Shown piece by piece: positions 13,080 to 26,475 of a DNA stretch of 64,000 bases. The first letter of the stretch is position 1, and every line of letters starts with the position of its first letter. Where the stretch lies: contig NC_057752.1 of assembly GCF_004010195.1 (NCBI RefSeq), positions 6,445,956-6,509,955 of the forward strand, in the 5' to 3' direction. This stretch comes from Chiloscyllium plagiosum (Eukaryota). The translations under genes were made by a program, and so were the position numbers. Below the pieces are notes generated by a model. The model ran no database searches. It was not told where the DNA came from and saw only the letters and a program-made list of their open reading frames with translations.

Positions 13080-14740
13080 CAAGAACATCAGTGCAAGATA
13101 GCAGATGATGACTCATCCCTCCCAGATCGTCTCAACGTCTTCTATGCTCACATTGAGCAGAATTTCGGTGGAGAGGTAACACCTATTCCGACAAGTCCTC
13201 ATGAACCTATCCCAACAGTCACTTCATCAGATATCAGACCAGTTTTTCTTCATGTGAATCCAAGGAAAGTGATGGGACCAGACGGAGTACCAGGTCATGC
13301 ACTCAGGACATGCGCAGATCAACTGGCAGAGGTATTCTCGGGCATCTTCAACATCTCCCTGCAGCAGGCTACTTGTCCCTACATGTCTCAAGAGAGCCAA
13401 CATCATCCCTGTACCTAAGAAGGCTCATGCAGCATGTCTCAATGACTACCACCCAGTGGCCCTAACTTCGGTGGTCATAAAGTGCTTTGAAAGGCTGGTC
13501 ATGGCATTAATCAACTCCAGCCTCCCCACTACTCTTGACCCACTCCAATTTGCCTATCGGACCAACAAATCTACATCAGATGCCAAATCACTTGCCCTTC
13601 ATTCCTCCCTAGAACATCTTGACACCAAGAACAGCGACATAAGAATCCTACTCATTGACTGCAGTTCAACCTTCAACACTATTATCTCTCGAGACTGATT
13701 ACTAAATTTAGTGAACTCGGACCACGCCCCACTCTCTGTAACTGGATCCACAGGCCACAATCAGTGAAGACTGGGCACAATATTTCATCCTCATTAACAC
13801 TCAACACTGGAGCCCCGCAGGGGTCCGTACTCAGCCCCCTACTGTACTCCCTGTCTACCCATGACTGCGTCGCCAAATACCAGACTAATGCCATTTACAA
13901 ATTCGCTGATGACACCACCACCATAGTCGGTCGAATCTCAGATGGCGATGAAACAGACTACAGATGGGAGGTGGAAGACCTGGAAAAATGGTACACTGAG
14001 AACAACCTAGCTCTCAATGCCAGCAAAACCAAGGAACTCATTATTGGCTTTCGGCAGGATGTTACTCATGTCCCCCTACACATTAACAGCACAGAGGTGG
14101 AACGAGTGGAGAATGTCAAGCTCCTGGGAGTAGTCATCACAGCAAGCTTTCTTGGACTCTTCATGTGGACGCACTGGTTACAAAGGCCCAACAACGTCTC
14201 TTCTTCCTCAGGCAGCTGAGTAAATTTGGCATGACAGCGAATACCCTTGCCAACTTTTATAGATGCGCCATCGAGAGCATTCTGTCTGGATGTATCACTA
14301 CCTGGTATGGCAACTGTACCATTCAAGATCGGAGATGATTACAGAGAGTGGTGAACTCAGCCCGGGCAATCACTAAGGCCAACCTCCCATCTATAGAATC
14401 TGTCTACCAGGCCCACTGTCAAGGAAAGGCCACCAGCATTCTTAAAGATCCATCTCACCCTGGCAATGCTTTTCTACAACCTCTACCATCGGGGAAAAGG
14501 TACAGAGGCCTGGACACACACACCAGCCAGTTTCAAAACAGTTTCTACCCTACTGTTGTTAGAATACTGAATTGACTCACAGACTCTTAACATTCGCCTG
14601 TACCTGTGTTTTTATTTTTGCCACTGTTTACCTATTATTTACTTATCTATGCTACTTAACTCTATGGTCTACCAGTATTGCTCGCAAGACAAAGCTTTTC
14701 ACTGTGCCTTGGTACACGTGACAATAAATTCAATTCAATT
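13080..14740 (+). mobile_element. Rex1/Babar-type non-LTR retrotransposon, 5'-truncated and frameshifted
   Basis: [69 protein letters not shown]; aataaa plus (ttcaa)n tail; catcttg duplicated at 13073-13079 and 14741-14747 (candidate TSD). Confidence 0.88.
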
Positions 14741-15179
14741 CATCTTGAGCAGAAAATGCAGTCTCTTTCCTCAGTCTTGAATCAAATTCCTGATTTCATA
14801 CAGGTTGTAGATCAGCAGAAATTCAGTGACAAAGAGGGTGTAGAATTTTTAAAAAGGCCAAGCTTCTAGTTAACTAAAAAGTGGCAGTGGCAGAGGTCTC
14901 CTGGCAGCAAGGTATCTGCCACCTAATGATCATTAGGAAAGGAGTCGGCAAAGGAGAGGAAATGTGGAAAAAAAAGCTTCAGTCCTGAAATTACACTGAG
15001 AGAAAATAGTATGTAAACATGAAATACCTTCATCTGAAATTTCTTGCTGTTATGATATCAAAGCAGTAATTAATTTATTTTGCTCGTTAACACTTCTCGT
15101 AAAATAGCAGAGGAAGGAATTCCAGCTGTTTGGATTAAACATTCTGATGATATATTGTTAGCAATCCCTCAATTTGAGG

Positions 15180-15960
15180 GTGACATTTACTCAGAGTTGT
15201 GAATTTCTCCCATGGCCCTGTGTGACTGAACAGACGTATTTTAGGCCAATGGATATTTGGGAATATAGGAAAAGATGCCCCATGAGGTCATGGGATCAGG
15301 GGTAAAGGATTTGCTTCCTTTTCTTTCCTTCTCTGCCACCATCCTGCCTCAGATGCCTCACATTAAGATATGATTCAAAACATGATGCAGCTAGATGTAT
15401 ATGTTTTCACCATTTTGAATGATTGGTAGCACGCTCCTCCCAGTCATCAATGTCACTGCTGTTATGCTTCAAGGGGAGCTTTAGAATTTTTTTTGTCATA
15501 TTTTCTTTCTCCTCTCCTGGAATGCTGCCTATTTGAGAGTGGAGAAAACAGGACCTGGCAGGAAAAATGCATTTTGGCCATCTGGACATTGTGCACACTC
15601 AATCATAGTTGATTTTGCAGGATTCTTTGCTGAACACTTGTGGAGCTGTCTTCAAGAAGGACGTGAGCAATTCTTCAATGGTCTGATTCATGATCATGGA
15701 GGATGCAGCAGAGGCTGGTGGAATTTCTCTTTCGATATTTGTATTGCCTCACTGTACTACACGACTGTGGTGACAACAACTATTAATGTACCATCGGACA
15801 TTTGTGGACTTGAGGAGGTCTCCCTTGCCAAACACTCACTGCTGCAGTTTGTAGAAGGCTGAGCTCACACAGCCAGTCTGGTGTTTGATCTCATCAATGG
15901 TAATCTTTTGAGAGAGGTGACTACCAAGATATGGCCTATTCTAAACATCATCTATTTTGA
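15180..15960 (-). mobile_element. Decayed RTE-clade LINE 3' fragment
   Basis: Minus-strand remnants LGSHLSQKITIDEIKH, EKFHQ, KKILKLPLKH...DIDDWEERATNHSKW resemble the RTE ORF C-terminus. Confidence 0.65.
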
Positions 15961-17339
15961 GCGAGATCAATGGAGAATCCAAACTTGGAACTTTCCTGGT
16001 ACACACACATTATATGCGTAGGATGTATAGCATAGAAATAGGCCTTTCCAGAGTCCATGCTGGTGTACATACTCCACTTGAGTCTTCTATTTTTATCTAA
16101 AATCTATCATTGTAACCATTATTCCTTCCTTCCTCAGATGTTTGTCTAGTTACCTGTAGGTATAAAAGTGTGCTTAGTAGTAGTTTGTTTTAGGAGTCTC
16201 AGGGGAACACATCAACTGAACAAAATAACATTAATTGAGTGCACAGCAATTTTGTGAAAGGAAATCAATTGTAGCCATGTCAGCTGAGCAAAAAGCTTTA
16301 GCATGTAAGATAGAGGTAACTGTCTATATGGATATTGCTGGGATAAAAGACGTGAACTTTTTTTTAATGTTTGTGATGAAATTGTTCCAGTAGCTTTTGG
16401 CTAATTTAAATAGTTTATGTTTTCTTTTATGTAATAAACTTGTGTTCTTCTGTTAAAAGTACATTGGCAGCCTCTTTGGAATATATTCAGTGATTCACCA
16501 CCACAGTAAACAAAAAGAAACACAAAACCGAAGGTATATCAGGCCAGATTTCACTCTGGGATCTAACTTGTCTGGTATTACCATCATCCGAGATCACAGC
16601 AAGATTTCCAGGCGTAGGGGTTAATATCTTTCTTGGATTTGTCTGCCAAAGACCACGGTGGAGGTTCCTCTGGAAGGCCACACTGTTTCTGGAAGGATTT
16701 CCTCAGCCCCAAGAAGTAGCCTACTGTAATACTGTTATATCACGGTATAACCTCAAGGTTATTGAAATGAAGGGATTAAATAAACTGCAGTTTTGCTTTG
16801 AATTTCACTCACTGAATCAGAAATGCCAGGAATTCAGGAAGACTTTCCCAGAATTGTAAAATATCTAGCATAGTCTGTTCTTGGAATTTCACAGTATGCA
16901 CTGTAGGTTTAAGTTTCCAGTAAAACTGTGCTGTTGCGATTATTATTAGAAGCTCCAGTGTAAATGTCTGCATCATAGGCATAGGCAGCAAAATTCTTCT
17001 GATCATTAGTATTGCTACAGTCAACTCAACAGTGGCCAGAAGATTTGGTGGCTACTGTACAATGGCTATAGGCTGTTCTGCCCCTTGTCCAGTTTCTGAT
17101 CAGGGTTTATCTATTCCTCAATTCCAGTTGCTCACCTTTGATCCATATTACTGGACACCCTCAACAAAAATAAATCTGTGATCTCGCTTTTGAAAACTTC
17201 AATTGTTCCCCAGCATCCACAGTCTTTAGGAGAAAAGCAGTATTTTCTAGGTTTCCACTACCTTATTTGCAAAGAATTGCTTCCCAATTAGCCTTCTGAA
17301 TTGTTTGGCTCTAATTTTAAGATTGTGCCCCTTTGGCAC

Positions 17340-17622
17340 AGGATTCCCATTTCTTTGTTTGCCTTAGTGTCTCTTGCCCTTAGGTGTTCAAGGTTTGTGT
17401 AAAGATTTGTAGCTCTGGTGCTGGTTGTCGTGGTTGTAGGTATGTTTGCCGAGCTGGGAAGTTGATTTGCAGATGTTTCATCCCGTCTGGGTGACATCTT
17501 CAGTGCTCTGGAGCCTCTTGTGAAGCTTCACAGGAAGCTCCAAAGCACTGAAGGTGTCACCGAGATGGGATGAAACATCTGCAAATCAACTTCCCAGCTT
17601 GGCGAATGTACCCACAACCACG
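17340..17622. mobile_element. Second family of Penelope-derived palindromic insertion with hammerhead-like core
   Basis: Imperfect inverted repeat about 17428-17622 centred on tgtgaagcttcaca; gattgtgcccc(c)tttg present on both flanks (candidate TSD). Confidence 0.65.
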
Positions 17623-18259
17623 ATTGTGCCCCTTTGTTCCATCAAAAGAAATATTTTCCCAGCACCTTTATAACCAATCCTGAACCGTGACCAATTTGTG
17701 GTATTTGATTCAACACTTTACAATCTTCCGGCCTCAACATCAAGTTGAATCATTTCAGATCATAACCACTGCTCTCATTTTGTTTTGGACATTCCACTAA
17801 ACATGATTTTAACCATTCAGAGACCCTCCTTTTTGTTCTTTCCCCCTTCCATACTTGCTTAAAATTTGCTATATGCCCATCAGATTTCAGGACATTGCAC
17901 TGAAACATTAATTGTTTCTTTTAACTCAGATGCTGCCTGGCTTGCTGAATCTTTCCAGCACTTAGTGTTCGCAGTTTAAGCAACCTCTCCTTAAATTTTA
18001 ACACTTTGAACTTTAGAATTGCGAAAGAGAGAAAGCCTTCTGGCATAGAGTAGAAAAGGAAAAGGGCAATGACAAACTGTCCTGCCAAACCTGTGCTGGA
18101 ATTATGTTTCTGATGCCACGTTAAACCTGTTCAATTCACTTCTGTCCTGCAAAGTCGAACAAGAAGATTAGCAAGAATATACATAATACATGGAAAGAAC
18201 ATATATGCTTGACCAAAATAGCTTTTAAAAGTTGTCACCCCTGAAAACTAGTACAGATT

Positions 18260-21200
18260 TTTTTTAAAAACAAATATTTATTTGACTTTCACAAAAAGGG
18301 CGGAACACTCCAGCGTTTTCAACCAGTCCCTTAAAATTGTATAAAAACAGCATTAAGTACACAGAAATTAAGAAACTATTCTTATGGATATTAACAAGGA
18401 AGAGATAATCTACCTGTCTCCCCCATTTCATACTACAATCAGTTTTTTGCATTTAATACTCAGCTACTCATCGGTCACAAACTGATACTCTGAAAAAACA
18501 ATCACTTCAATGCTGATAGATCTTTAAAAAATAGACTATTAATTAAAAGGTTTATTTGACTGGTGTTCTTCATTACAATTTGCTTAATATATTAAGCATT
18601 GTTGTCTCCGAAAAGGAAATCAGTCCTGTCGGTACTGTATTAGAACAGGTTTATGTACTTCAAGGCACAGTGGATTTTAAGTAATCACAGGGTTAAGTGA
18701 CATGAAACACCCCTTTCAAACATGTTGCAAACTGTGAGCAGCAAAGCACTCTTTTTTGAAAAAAAAACTTTTGCTCATCACCATTTTGTCCCTTCCTTTC
18801 TTGAAGGCACTGCTTAGTCATGGGGTTTAGCTACCCTTCAGTATTTCACTCAAGCAGCAATTTTTCCTTTTGAGAGTCCAGATAAAACAAGTAATCAAAG
18901 CTCAGCTCAATTACGTTCGTATCTGGAATTCACACACGAGCACGCATTTTCCAGTAGGAGGCACTAGAAATAGTGATAAGGAATGGAAAGCCTGGTCAAG
19001 TTCTTCTTGGGCCCACTTATATCCACACACACAAGAAGGGGTATTTGAGCAAGGTACTGAAAGTGACAAGCTCTTGTTGATGCTGTCCCCTAATCAACAG
19101 GCAGTGCTATCAGGACAGAATAGGGAGGAGAAAAGATGAACACAAAATCATTTCGCTCCCTCAACAGTTTCGTGGAAAAAGGCACCTTCTGTTTGTACAT
19201 TGTCATGCAGTGCACAAGAGGAAAAATACAGAATTAGCTGATCTCTGCAATGGCAGCAGCAGCTCTGGGCTAGACAGTAGATAAAAAACATGCAGGTTTC
19301 TCACTGTTTATTGCCATCCGGTGACCCCTCCCCACCATTGCCTTGCTGGTACATGCACAAATAAGACAATCTAGGTGAGGATGGGATTACTATGACCTGT
19401 GTAGAATCATCCTTCAATATATCAGTCATTTTCTCACACATGAAAAATGGTCATTTTTGTGTTACTGTACACCATAACCTGAATGAAAGAGAAAATATAT
19501 TAAAAATTTGATTATGTAAGACACCTTGATAGGTGCTAAATTTGAAATTTGACTATGAATTGGTCATAGTCTTTCCCTTTCAAATAACACCCAAAGGAGT
19601 CTGAGACAAATTGGCTCGTATACTTGTCACTGCTGCTTCACTTGTGAAAGGCAAGTAAAGAACATACAGTATAGGACTTAATTCATGACTATTCATAACA
19701 GGTTCCTAGATCAATGGCTTGTGATCTTTAGTCCCTATCAGGGTTACTTTTTAAAACACTGATCACACATCATTATCTTCAAGTATCCCAGCTTTTCATT
19801 TATGTACACACAAAAATGTCGAATTTCTCTCACTACTGTGTATGATAATCAGATACAATCACAGAGGATGTTTTGTTGGAGAGTAGTTAAAAGCAGTGAA
19901 ATCAGTCCATATTATAGTGACTTCATTAATAGATGTTAGAAACACACTGCTCAAATAGAGGAACATTTGAGGAACAAATAAGACTTCATACTACTTATTA
20001 AACAATTATGGAATTCAACAAGAACTGTAGAATCACATTCATCAAAAACACCTCTTAAAACTTTGAGAACAAAATGAGCTATTAAAGATCCAGGTTTGGA
20101 CTTCTAACGACAGAATGATATGACATGCAGTGCTATCGAAATGACCCTTTATTCTAGAGTTTTATTTGTAGCCAGACTGAGGCTAATTATTGGCTCAATA
20201 GTGAAACCACCAAAATTCTTACAAAATTTGGCAAAGGGACCAGTTTGTTCCACAGAATCAACAATGAGTCTGAGCCCACATCTCCATTCACTTTTACTGC
20301 CTTTAAATTTGAAGTGTTAAAAGTGTAATTATTTTAATTGTGAAGTCATTCTGAAACTTCCTGAAAATGTGATATGCTCCCAGTTTCTTGTGTCATAACA
20401 TGCATGGCTAACTGAAAGACCAGGCTGCTCCACGAAGAATATAATCAACCCTTCCCTTCCTGACTGATAATTTGAGCACAGCCATGAGGTAGAGAGTGGA
20501 GTTGAGAAGGAAAGGTCTCTTTCCACCTTGCCCTTCAGAATAATTTTCAACGTATTTTATATTCTCCCTCCAAATTACAGAATTAGCCATGATGTCACCC
20601 ATCTTCCCAAACTGCTCATATGGCCTCTGCTTTGGATGAGTGATAATCAAACAATTTGGAGAAAAAGATCCATTTCAGAGCTAAGCACTTTAAAACACAA
20701 TAAACATTTGAAAACATAGTTCCAGAAAAATAAAATTGGTACCAAATTACCAAGTATTAACCTCTGATCACAAGCCAGTTAATAGCTTCACTTAATGGGT
20801 CTTGCAGAGTTTTTTTCCCCCCAAGATGAGCCTCACAATCTTCATGTATTCCACGAGAGGGCAAATCTTGTGACACAAAAGCATTCCTTCCCCCTACTGC
20901 ATGTCAAAGGCAAGAGATAGGAAGCTCTACTAACTAAAGGATTGTTTGGTGAGTTTACTCCATGTTTCATGAAGATATGCAACAAGATGCATTGAACATT
21001 TGCATGTTTGGCAGGTATCTGGTTTAAACACAGCTCTCTCATCCCATGACTAAAACACAGCAACATTATTCCTGGACATTCACTAGTGCATGTGAGAGAA
21101 AGAGAGAGAAAACTGACATAATGGTAGGTGTATGGGTCAGCATCACTGTACATCATGTAAGGATCCAAACTGGATGGCATTACACACAATGAAAATAAGT

Positions 21201-21360
21201 AAAACAGTCTTTATCTTTAGTTACAACGTAAACACTTCTGATTCAGAGATTTAGGATTTCGTATTTTCTTTCCTCTTCCCACTCCCCCACAACCTACATT
21301 TCAAAGTTCAGAAATCAACTTATTTTGCTTGTTGTATGTTAGCTCTCTAAATAGGATCCT
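18260..21360 (-). other. Putative ERBB3 3' UTR (about 3.1 kb) with candidate AATAAA signals at 20161-20166, 20148-20153, 18551-18556 and 18277-18282
   Basis: Repeat-poor AT-rich stretch directly downstream of the stop codon; tttatt on the + strand at those positions; the true 3' end cannot be fixed without transcript data. Confidence 0.5.
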
Positions 21361-21653
21361 TTATGTCCTCTTTATTTCTGACTTTGCTGGGAGACTGCTG
21401 TGCCAGTAGTCTGGGTTATCAAAGGCATGAATGTCACCCTCAGTAACAAAGACAGAACTGTCATCCAGATATTCAGGGTTCTGCACGACGCTCACACAGC
21501 CGTTGAGGTAGGCCTGTTTGTTCATGTACTCATATTCCTGATCACTTGGTTTCGAGTCAGATTCTTTTTGACTCTCGAGTGACTGGGTATTATTCACATC
21601 GCTGACTTTGTTATTCAAGGAATCGACTTCATTGGCAGACCTCATCAGACTCT
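21361..21653 (-). CDS. ERBB3: ERBB3 last coding exon (28 homologue) with TAA stop
   Basis: ESLMRS...DQEYEYMNKQ...VQNPEYL...[21 protein letters not shown], compare human [21 protein letters not shown]; acceptor gtttctag. Confidence 0.95.
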
Positions 21654-22613
21654 CTAGAAACACAACATAAAAACTCATGAAACATGAAAAAAGTAAACAG
21701 ATGTTAAGAGATGTTTTACACTGCTTCATTACCGTAAGGCTCTAGCTTGTACCGACAGTCAGTTCCTTGGATTATGGCTATCCTACTGGAGAGGTATCAC
21801 ACACAGCCATTATCCATCATGTTTGCATTGGCTCTCTCAGCATTTTAGCTTAGCGTCAATCTTTTGCCTTTTCTCATAACCCTGCACATTATTCCTGCAC
21901 TACCCTCTTGAATACCTCAACTGAACCAACTTCCATCATACCTCCTGGCAGTGCATTATCGATCCTAATTACTGTGACAAAAAGATTTTTATTTAATCTT
22001 TTAATTTTACATTTAATTTTATTTACAATTAAATGAAAGAAGGATCTTGCACCTTGTCACATCTTCAAGCAATTTACACTTTGGGAATTACTTTTAAATT
22101 ACAGCCACACTTGTTATTTAGGCAACTATAGCAGCCTGGTTGTGCACACCATGATCTCAAAAATCAGAGAATTAGACAAACAACAAGTTAGCCTGCTTGT
22201 AGTGGTGTTGCTCAATGGCGGAATGTTGGTCAAGACATTAAACAAACTTGCTGCTCTTTGAAATAGTGTTGTAGGATTATTAATTTCCACTGGATTAATT
22301 AGATGAGGTTTTGATTTAATAGTTCATGCTAAAGCTGCACGACTGACTCCCTTAATACTGCATTAGATTGTCAGCATAGGTTTTGCACTCATGTCCTGGT
22401 GTAGCATTAAAACACACAAACGACTGGCTTAGGTGAGAAAATCTATTACTGATTCCAGCTGATAGACAAATTACACCAAATTCAATGGGGCTATTTAGTT
22501 CTTTTTTTAATAGAACAAGTCTTACTGTTTCAGTATTCTTGAAAACAGAACTCTTTTTACTTTTGTGATTGAATGCAATCATTATTCTCAACGATTATAT
22601 GTTTGATGCTTAC

Positions 22614-22899
22614 CAGCTGTAGAGTTTCTTTGTTCTGGCATCACATAGCCATTAATGTCCACCTCTGCTTCATCAGAAGGGGAAATTATCATGTTTGTGC
22701 CATTGGAGAAACGTGCACTGCTATCCCTTGAGCGGTGGCCACGGAGCTGGAGTGTTCCGTTCAAAGATATGTCTTCATATAGATCAAGTGAAGATGCTGT
22801 ACCTCGACCTTCCGAGGACTCTGAGATAGTTCGAGTTGTAGACTCATTCCGTATCCTCAGGGAGCGCTTTGACCCCAGATCTCCATTCCTCATCCCAGT
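22614..22899 (-). CDS. ERBB3: ERBB3 exon 27 homologue (tail)
   Basis: TGMRNGDLG...ISESSEGRGT...DINGYVMPEQRNSTA, matching the human SESSEG and DVNGYVMP motifs; acceptor ttgttag, donor gtaagc; 286 nt, phase 0-1. Confidence 0.93.
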
Positions 22900-23499
22900 C
22901 TAACAATTGAAACGGTCACTTTGTTACACATCATTGAATCTCAGAAAATATACACTCTTCCTCTTGCATATAAGTATGGGTGAAAGAAGAATTTTATTGT
23001 TGGGCTAGTTACTTACTCTTTGTGCCCTACAGGTCATTTTCTCCATTTATTGGATTTCATTGTTGCTCTCTCAAAGCTTCAATTTCAGCTACTAAACAGT
23101 GAATTGGATACTGGTCAAGACCCACTCACAGACTATCATAGCCTTTTTTTTGAAAAAAAGAGGTCTGATACAGATTCCTGTTTTTCTTTTCAAGGTAATA
23201 TTCTCTCTCATACTTTTATTTTCTCTCTCATATATAGTTCTCCTTGAACCATTAATAATCTACTCATACAACTCAACTAAACAGAACTCACTGAGACCCA
23301 AGGAAGTTATTTTTGTTTTTAAACACTTCTGTTAGGACCACTCAGGGCACTTTCTTGGAACACTATGCATACAACCCAGTCTGCATCTAAAGCTGGAGAA
23401 GTGCACCCAACTCCCTTCTTCATCTATACTCTAGAACAGCATTGTATACCCAACAACATATGAGCTTTATGATTCTGCTCCCAGGGAAGGGAAAGCAGA

Positions 23500-24800
23500 T
23501 TCAGTCAAATAAACAGAGGAATTCTCAAGGGACAGTGGACCCGGTCATTGAGAAAGTTTGACATAGGGAAAATGTTAGAGGTTATTGTAAAGGATGTAAC
23601 AGTACAGCATTTAGAAAAACATAACATAATCAAGCAGCATGGCTTCATGAAGGGAAAATCATCACCATCAAACTTATTGGAGTTCTTTGAGCAGGATATA
23701 TAAATGGTAACCAGTAGATGTAACATATTTGAATTTTCAAAAGACATTTGATAAGGTGCTGCGTGTAAAGCTATTTATCTTATTAATGGCAACTTTCCCC
23801 CAATGTTGGGGGTAGAATATTAGTATGGATTGGCTAAGTAATAGTGGACAGATAAAGAGGATGGCAACCTGTAATTAGTGGTGTGTCACAGGGGTCAGTG
23901 CTGGGGGCACAGTTAGTTACAATATATATTAATGACTTGGATGTCAGAAGTGAATGTACTATTGCAAAGTCTGCGGCTGACCCTAAAATAGATGGGAAGG
24001 CAAGTGGTGACAACAATACAGATTCTAGAAAGGGATATAGACAAGTTAAGTGAGTGAGCAAAAACTTAGCAGGTAGAATATGATGTGGGAAAATGAGAAG
24101 TTATGCACTGTGACAAGAAGAACAGAAGAGCTAAATGTTATTTAAATTGGGAAAGACTGCAGAAAGCCGCAGCATAGAGGGATTTGGGGAGTCCTCTTGC
24201 ATGAATCACAAAATTACCATCCAAGTTCATCAGGTAATAAGGAAAACAAATGGACTGTTATAGATGTGAGGAGATTCTTTGTCCTTGTGGGAGAGTCTAG
24301 AACTGATGGTATAATCTCAGAGTACAAGGTCTTTTAAGACAGTGGAGAAATGTTTTGTTCGCACTGCTGCTTCATAGTGCCAGGGACATGGGTTCAATTC
24401 CAGCCTTGGGTAACTGTCTGGAGTTTGCATGTTCTCCCTGTGTCTGTGTGGGTTTCCTCTCACAGCCCAAAGATGTGCAGGCTAGGTAGAATAGCCATGG
24501 CAAATGCAAGGTTTTAGGGCTTGGGCTGGATGCTCTTCAGAGGGCCGTTTCAGACTTGATGGACTGAATGGCTTCTATCTCCGCTGGAGGGATTCTATGA
24601 ATCTGTAGAATTCTTGACTGTTGTGGTTGGTTCGTTAAGTGTATTCAAGGCTGAGATAGACTGTTGATCAGTAACGGAATTGGGGTTATGGGGATGAGGC
24701 AGGAAATTAGATTTGAGGATTATCAGATCAACAATGATTTCATTAAATGGCAGAGTAGACTCATGAGCCTATTCGTAATCCCACCTTTTACAGTCTTATA
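23500..24800 (+). mobile_element. Decayed CR1 LINE with nested HE1-like SINE (about 24360-24600) in ERBB3 intron 26
   Basis: HGFMKGKS, ggtgtgtcacaggggtcagtgctgggg, tctgcggctgaccctaaa RT motifs; SINE gcactgctgcttcatagtgccagggacatgggttcaattcc. Confidence 0.8.
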
Positions 24801-25188
24801 ATGATCTGATTTTGTGCCTTCATTCAAGTCAATAATTCTTTCAACAGTACATAGTTTTCATGTTTTGCTAGGATCACCAGGAAGTACAGAAAAATAGAAT
24901 TTACTTGAAAAAAAAAGACAACTGCAAGTAGATGACTGCTTAGTGTTTGCAGTCAAAAAAATTTAGTACACTAGTTAATAAACACAATAATTACACGAAA
25001 GATTCAAATAATTCAAGCTCAAATGAGCATCCAGACCTAGACATTAAAATACTAAAATGAAGAATATGCTGCAAAATCTTAACTGCTTTTAAGAGCTGTC
25101 GTTTTTACTGGTTTTCTTGTGAAAACAAGATATGATATTTTTGGCACTGTTCATCGGAAACTCTGAATAAACATCTTTCTATGCCTAC

Positions 25189-25251
25189 CTGTCGAGAGCC
25201 ATTTGGACCAATCCCATTCATTGGCATGTACCCTGCTGGCAAACTGTTACT
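25189..25251 (-). CDS. ERBB3: ERBB3 exon 26 homologue (YMPM PI3K p85 site)
   Basis: SNSLPAGYMPMNGIGPNGSRQ, compare human SSGYMPMNQG; acceptor tctttgcag, donor gtaggc; 63 nt, phase 0-0. Confidence 0.92.
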
Positions 25252-26475
25252 CTGCAAAGAGAAATGGAAAGCAAATTTGAAATGGTACTGTTACCAGGAG
25301 CTATGTGCAGTCAGTCATGAACCAACATTCAGGTCTTGGGATATTAGAATATGAACTTTAAATTTCAATTAATTAGCAAAGAAAAAAATTGCAAAGAAAG
25401 ATATTTCTGATCAATTTGTCAAGGATTTGTACACAATTCACCCAATAGGGTCACAACCAGTTCAGTTTTGAAATAGCCAAATAGCTATCAATACTGAAGG
25501 CACCAATTCTTGCTATGGTACAGATCCACTGCCATTGGGCAATCCTCTCAAGTGGCCAGTTCTTCATATGCTGGCCAAGATTGTTAATAGTTTTTCGTTA
25601 ATTGGCCTAGGAAAGGAAAGAAAGGAAAACCCAGCACAGCTAAACATAATGTCACACAATATATTTAGAGCAAGGAGTCATTAGATACTGACAAGGAGCA
25701 GAAACCCTGGCTGATTTTTTTTTCTCTCCCAATTCTATGGGTACTAAGCCCCTACTGCTACCCCAGCTGAGACCATCCAATTGGGGTTTCAAATCTAGGA
25801 TCTTGAGATCTGTATCATTGAACCATTCAGGAATTTCCTGTTTCTTTCTCATCATGATACTGAAATGTGACAGGAGAGATCGAGATTCCAGTTCCGTAGT
25901 TTGTAATTGGTTGATGGAAAAGACCAACAAAGAGTAATTTATTCTCAAGTTTACTTTAGCTGGCTTTATATTGCTGCTAATTTAGTTTTGATTCTGGCAC
26001 TTCTGGCACTTAAGTGTTTCCAAGCTGGCTCCCTGTATTTATGCTGCTGTATCTAACTCCTATATCCAGTATCAGCAATATACTGAAGTTTTCAGTGGGC
26101 CTTTGACTCTGCTGCTGGCATAATTGACATAAATGTCAGGAATTAACTGACAGAAGCTGGTTTCCTGAAATCAAAATGATAAAACAAAGTGTGGGAGTGT
26201 TCTCCACACTTCCTTTCCAGTGCCACACTTCCTTTGTGTTACAGTCAACTAGCAGGAAATGTATTTTGGTTTTCCACCAACTGGTTTGACTTTGAACCAA
26301 GAAAAGTTATCCCAAATGAGATAGTCTGAATGACAGAGAGATTCAAGCCACAGCAAATGCTCAGTTTAAGCTGACATGTGACATCAATGTTTAGCACAGG
26401 TGAAAGAAGAGGAACAATTGCCCAAAATAATTGCTCTCATCACAAATTCTTTGCCTTTGTTAGCTAGTTTCATAC

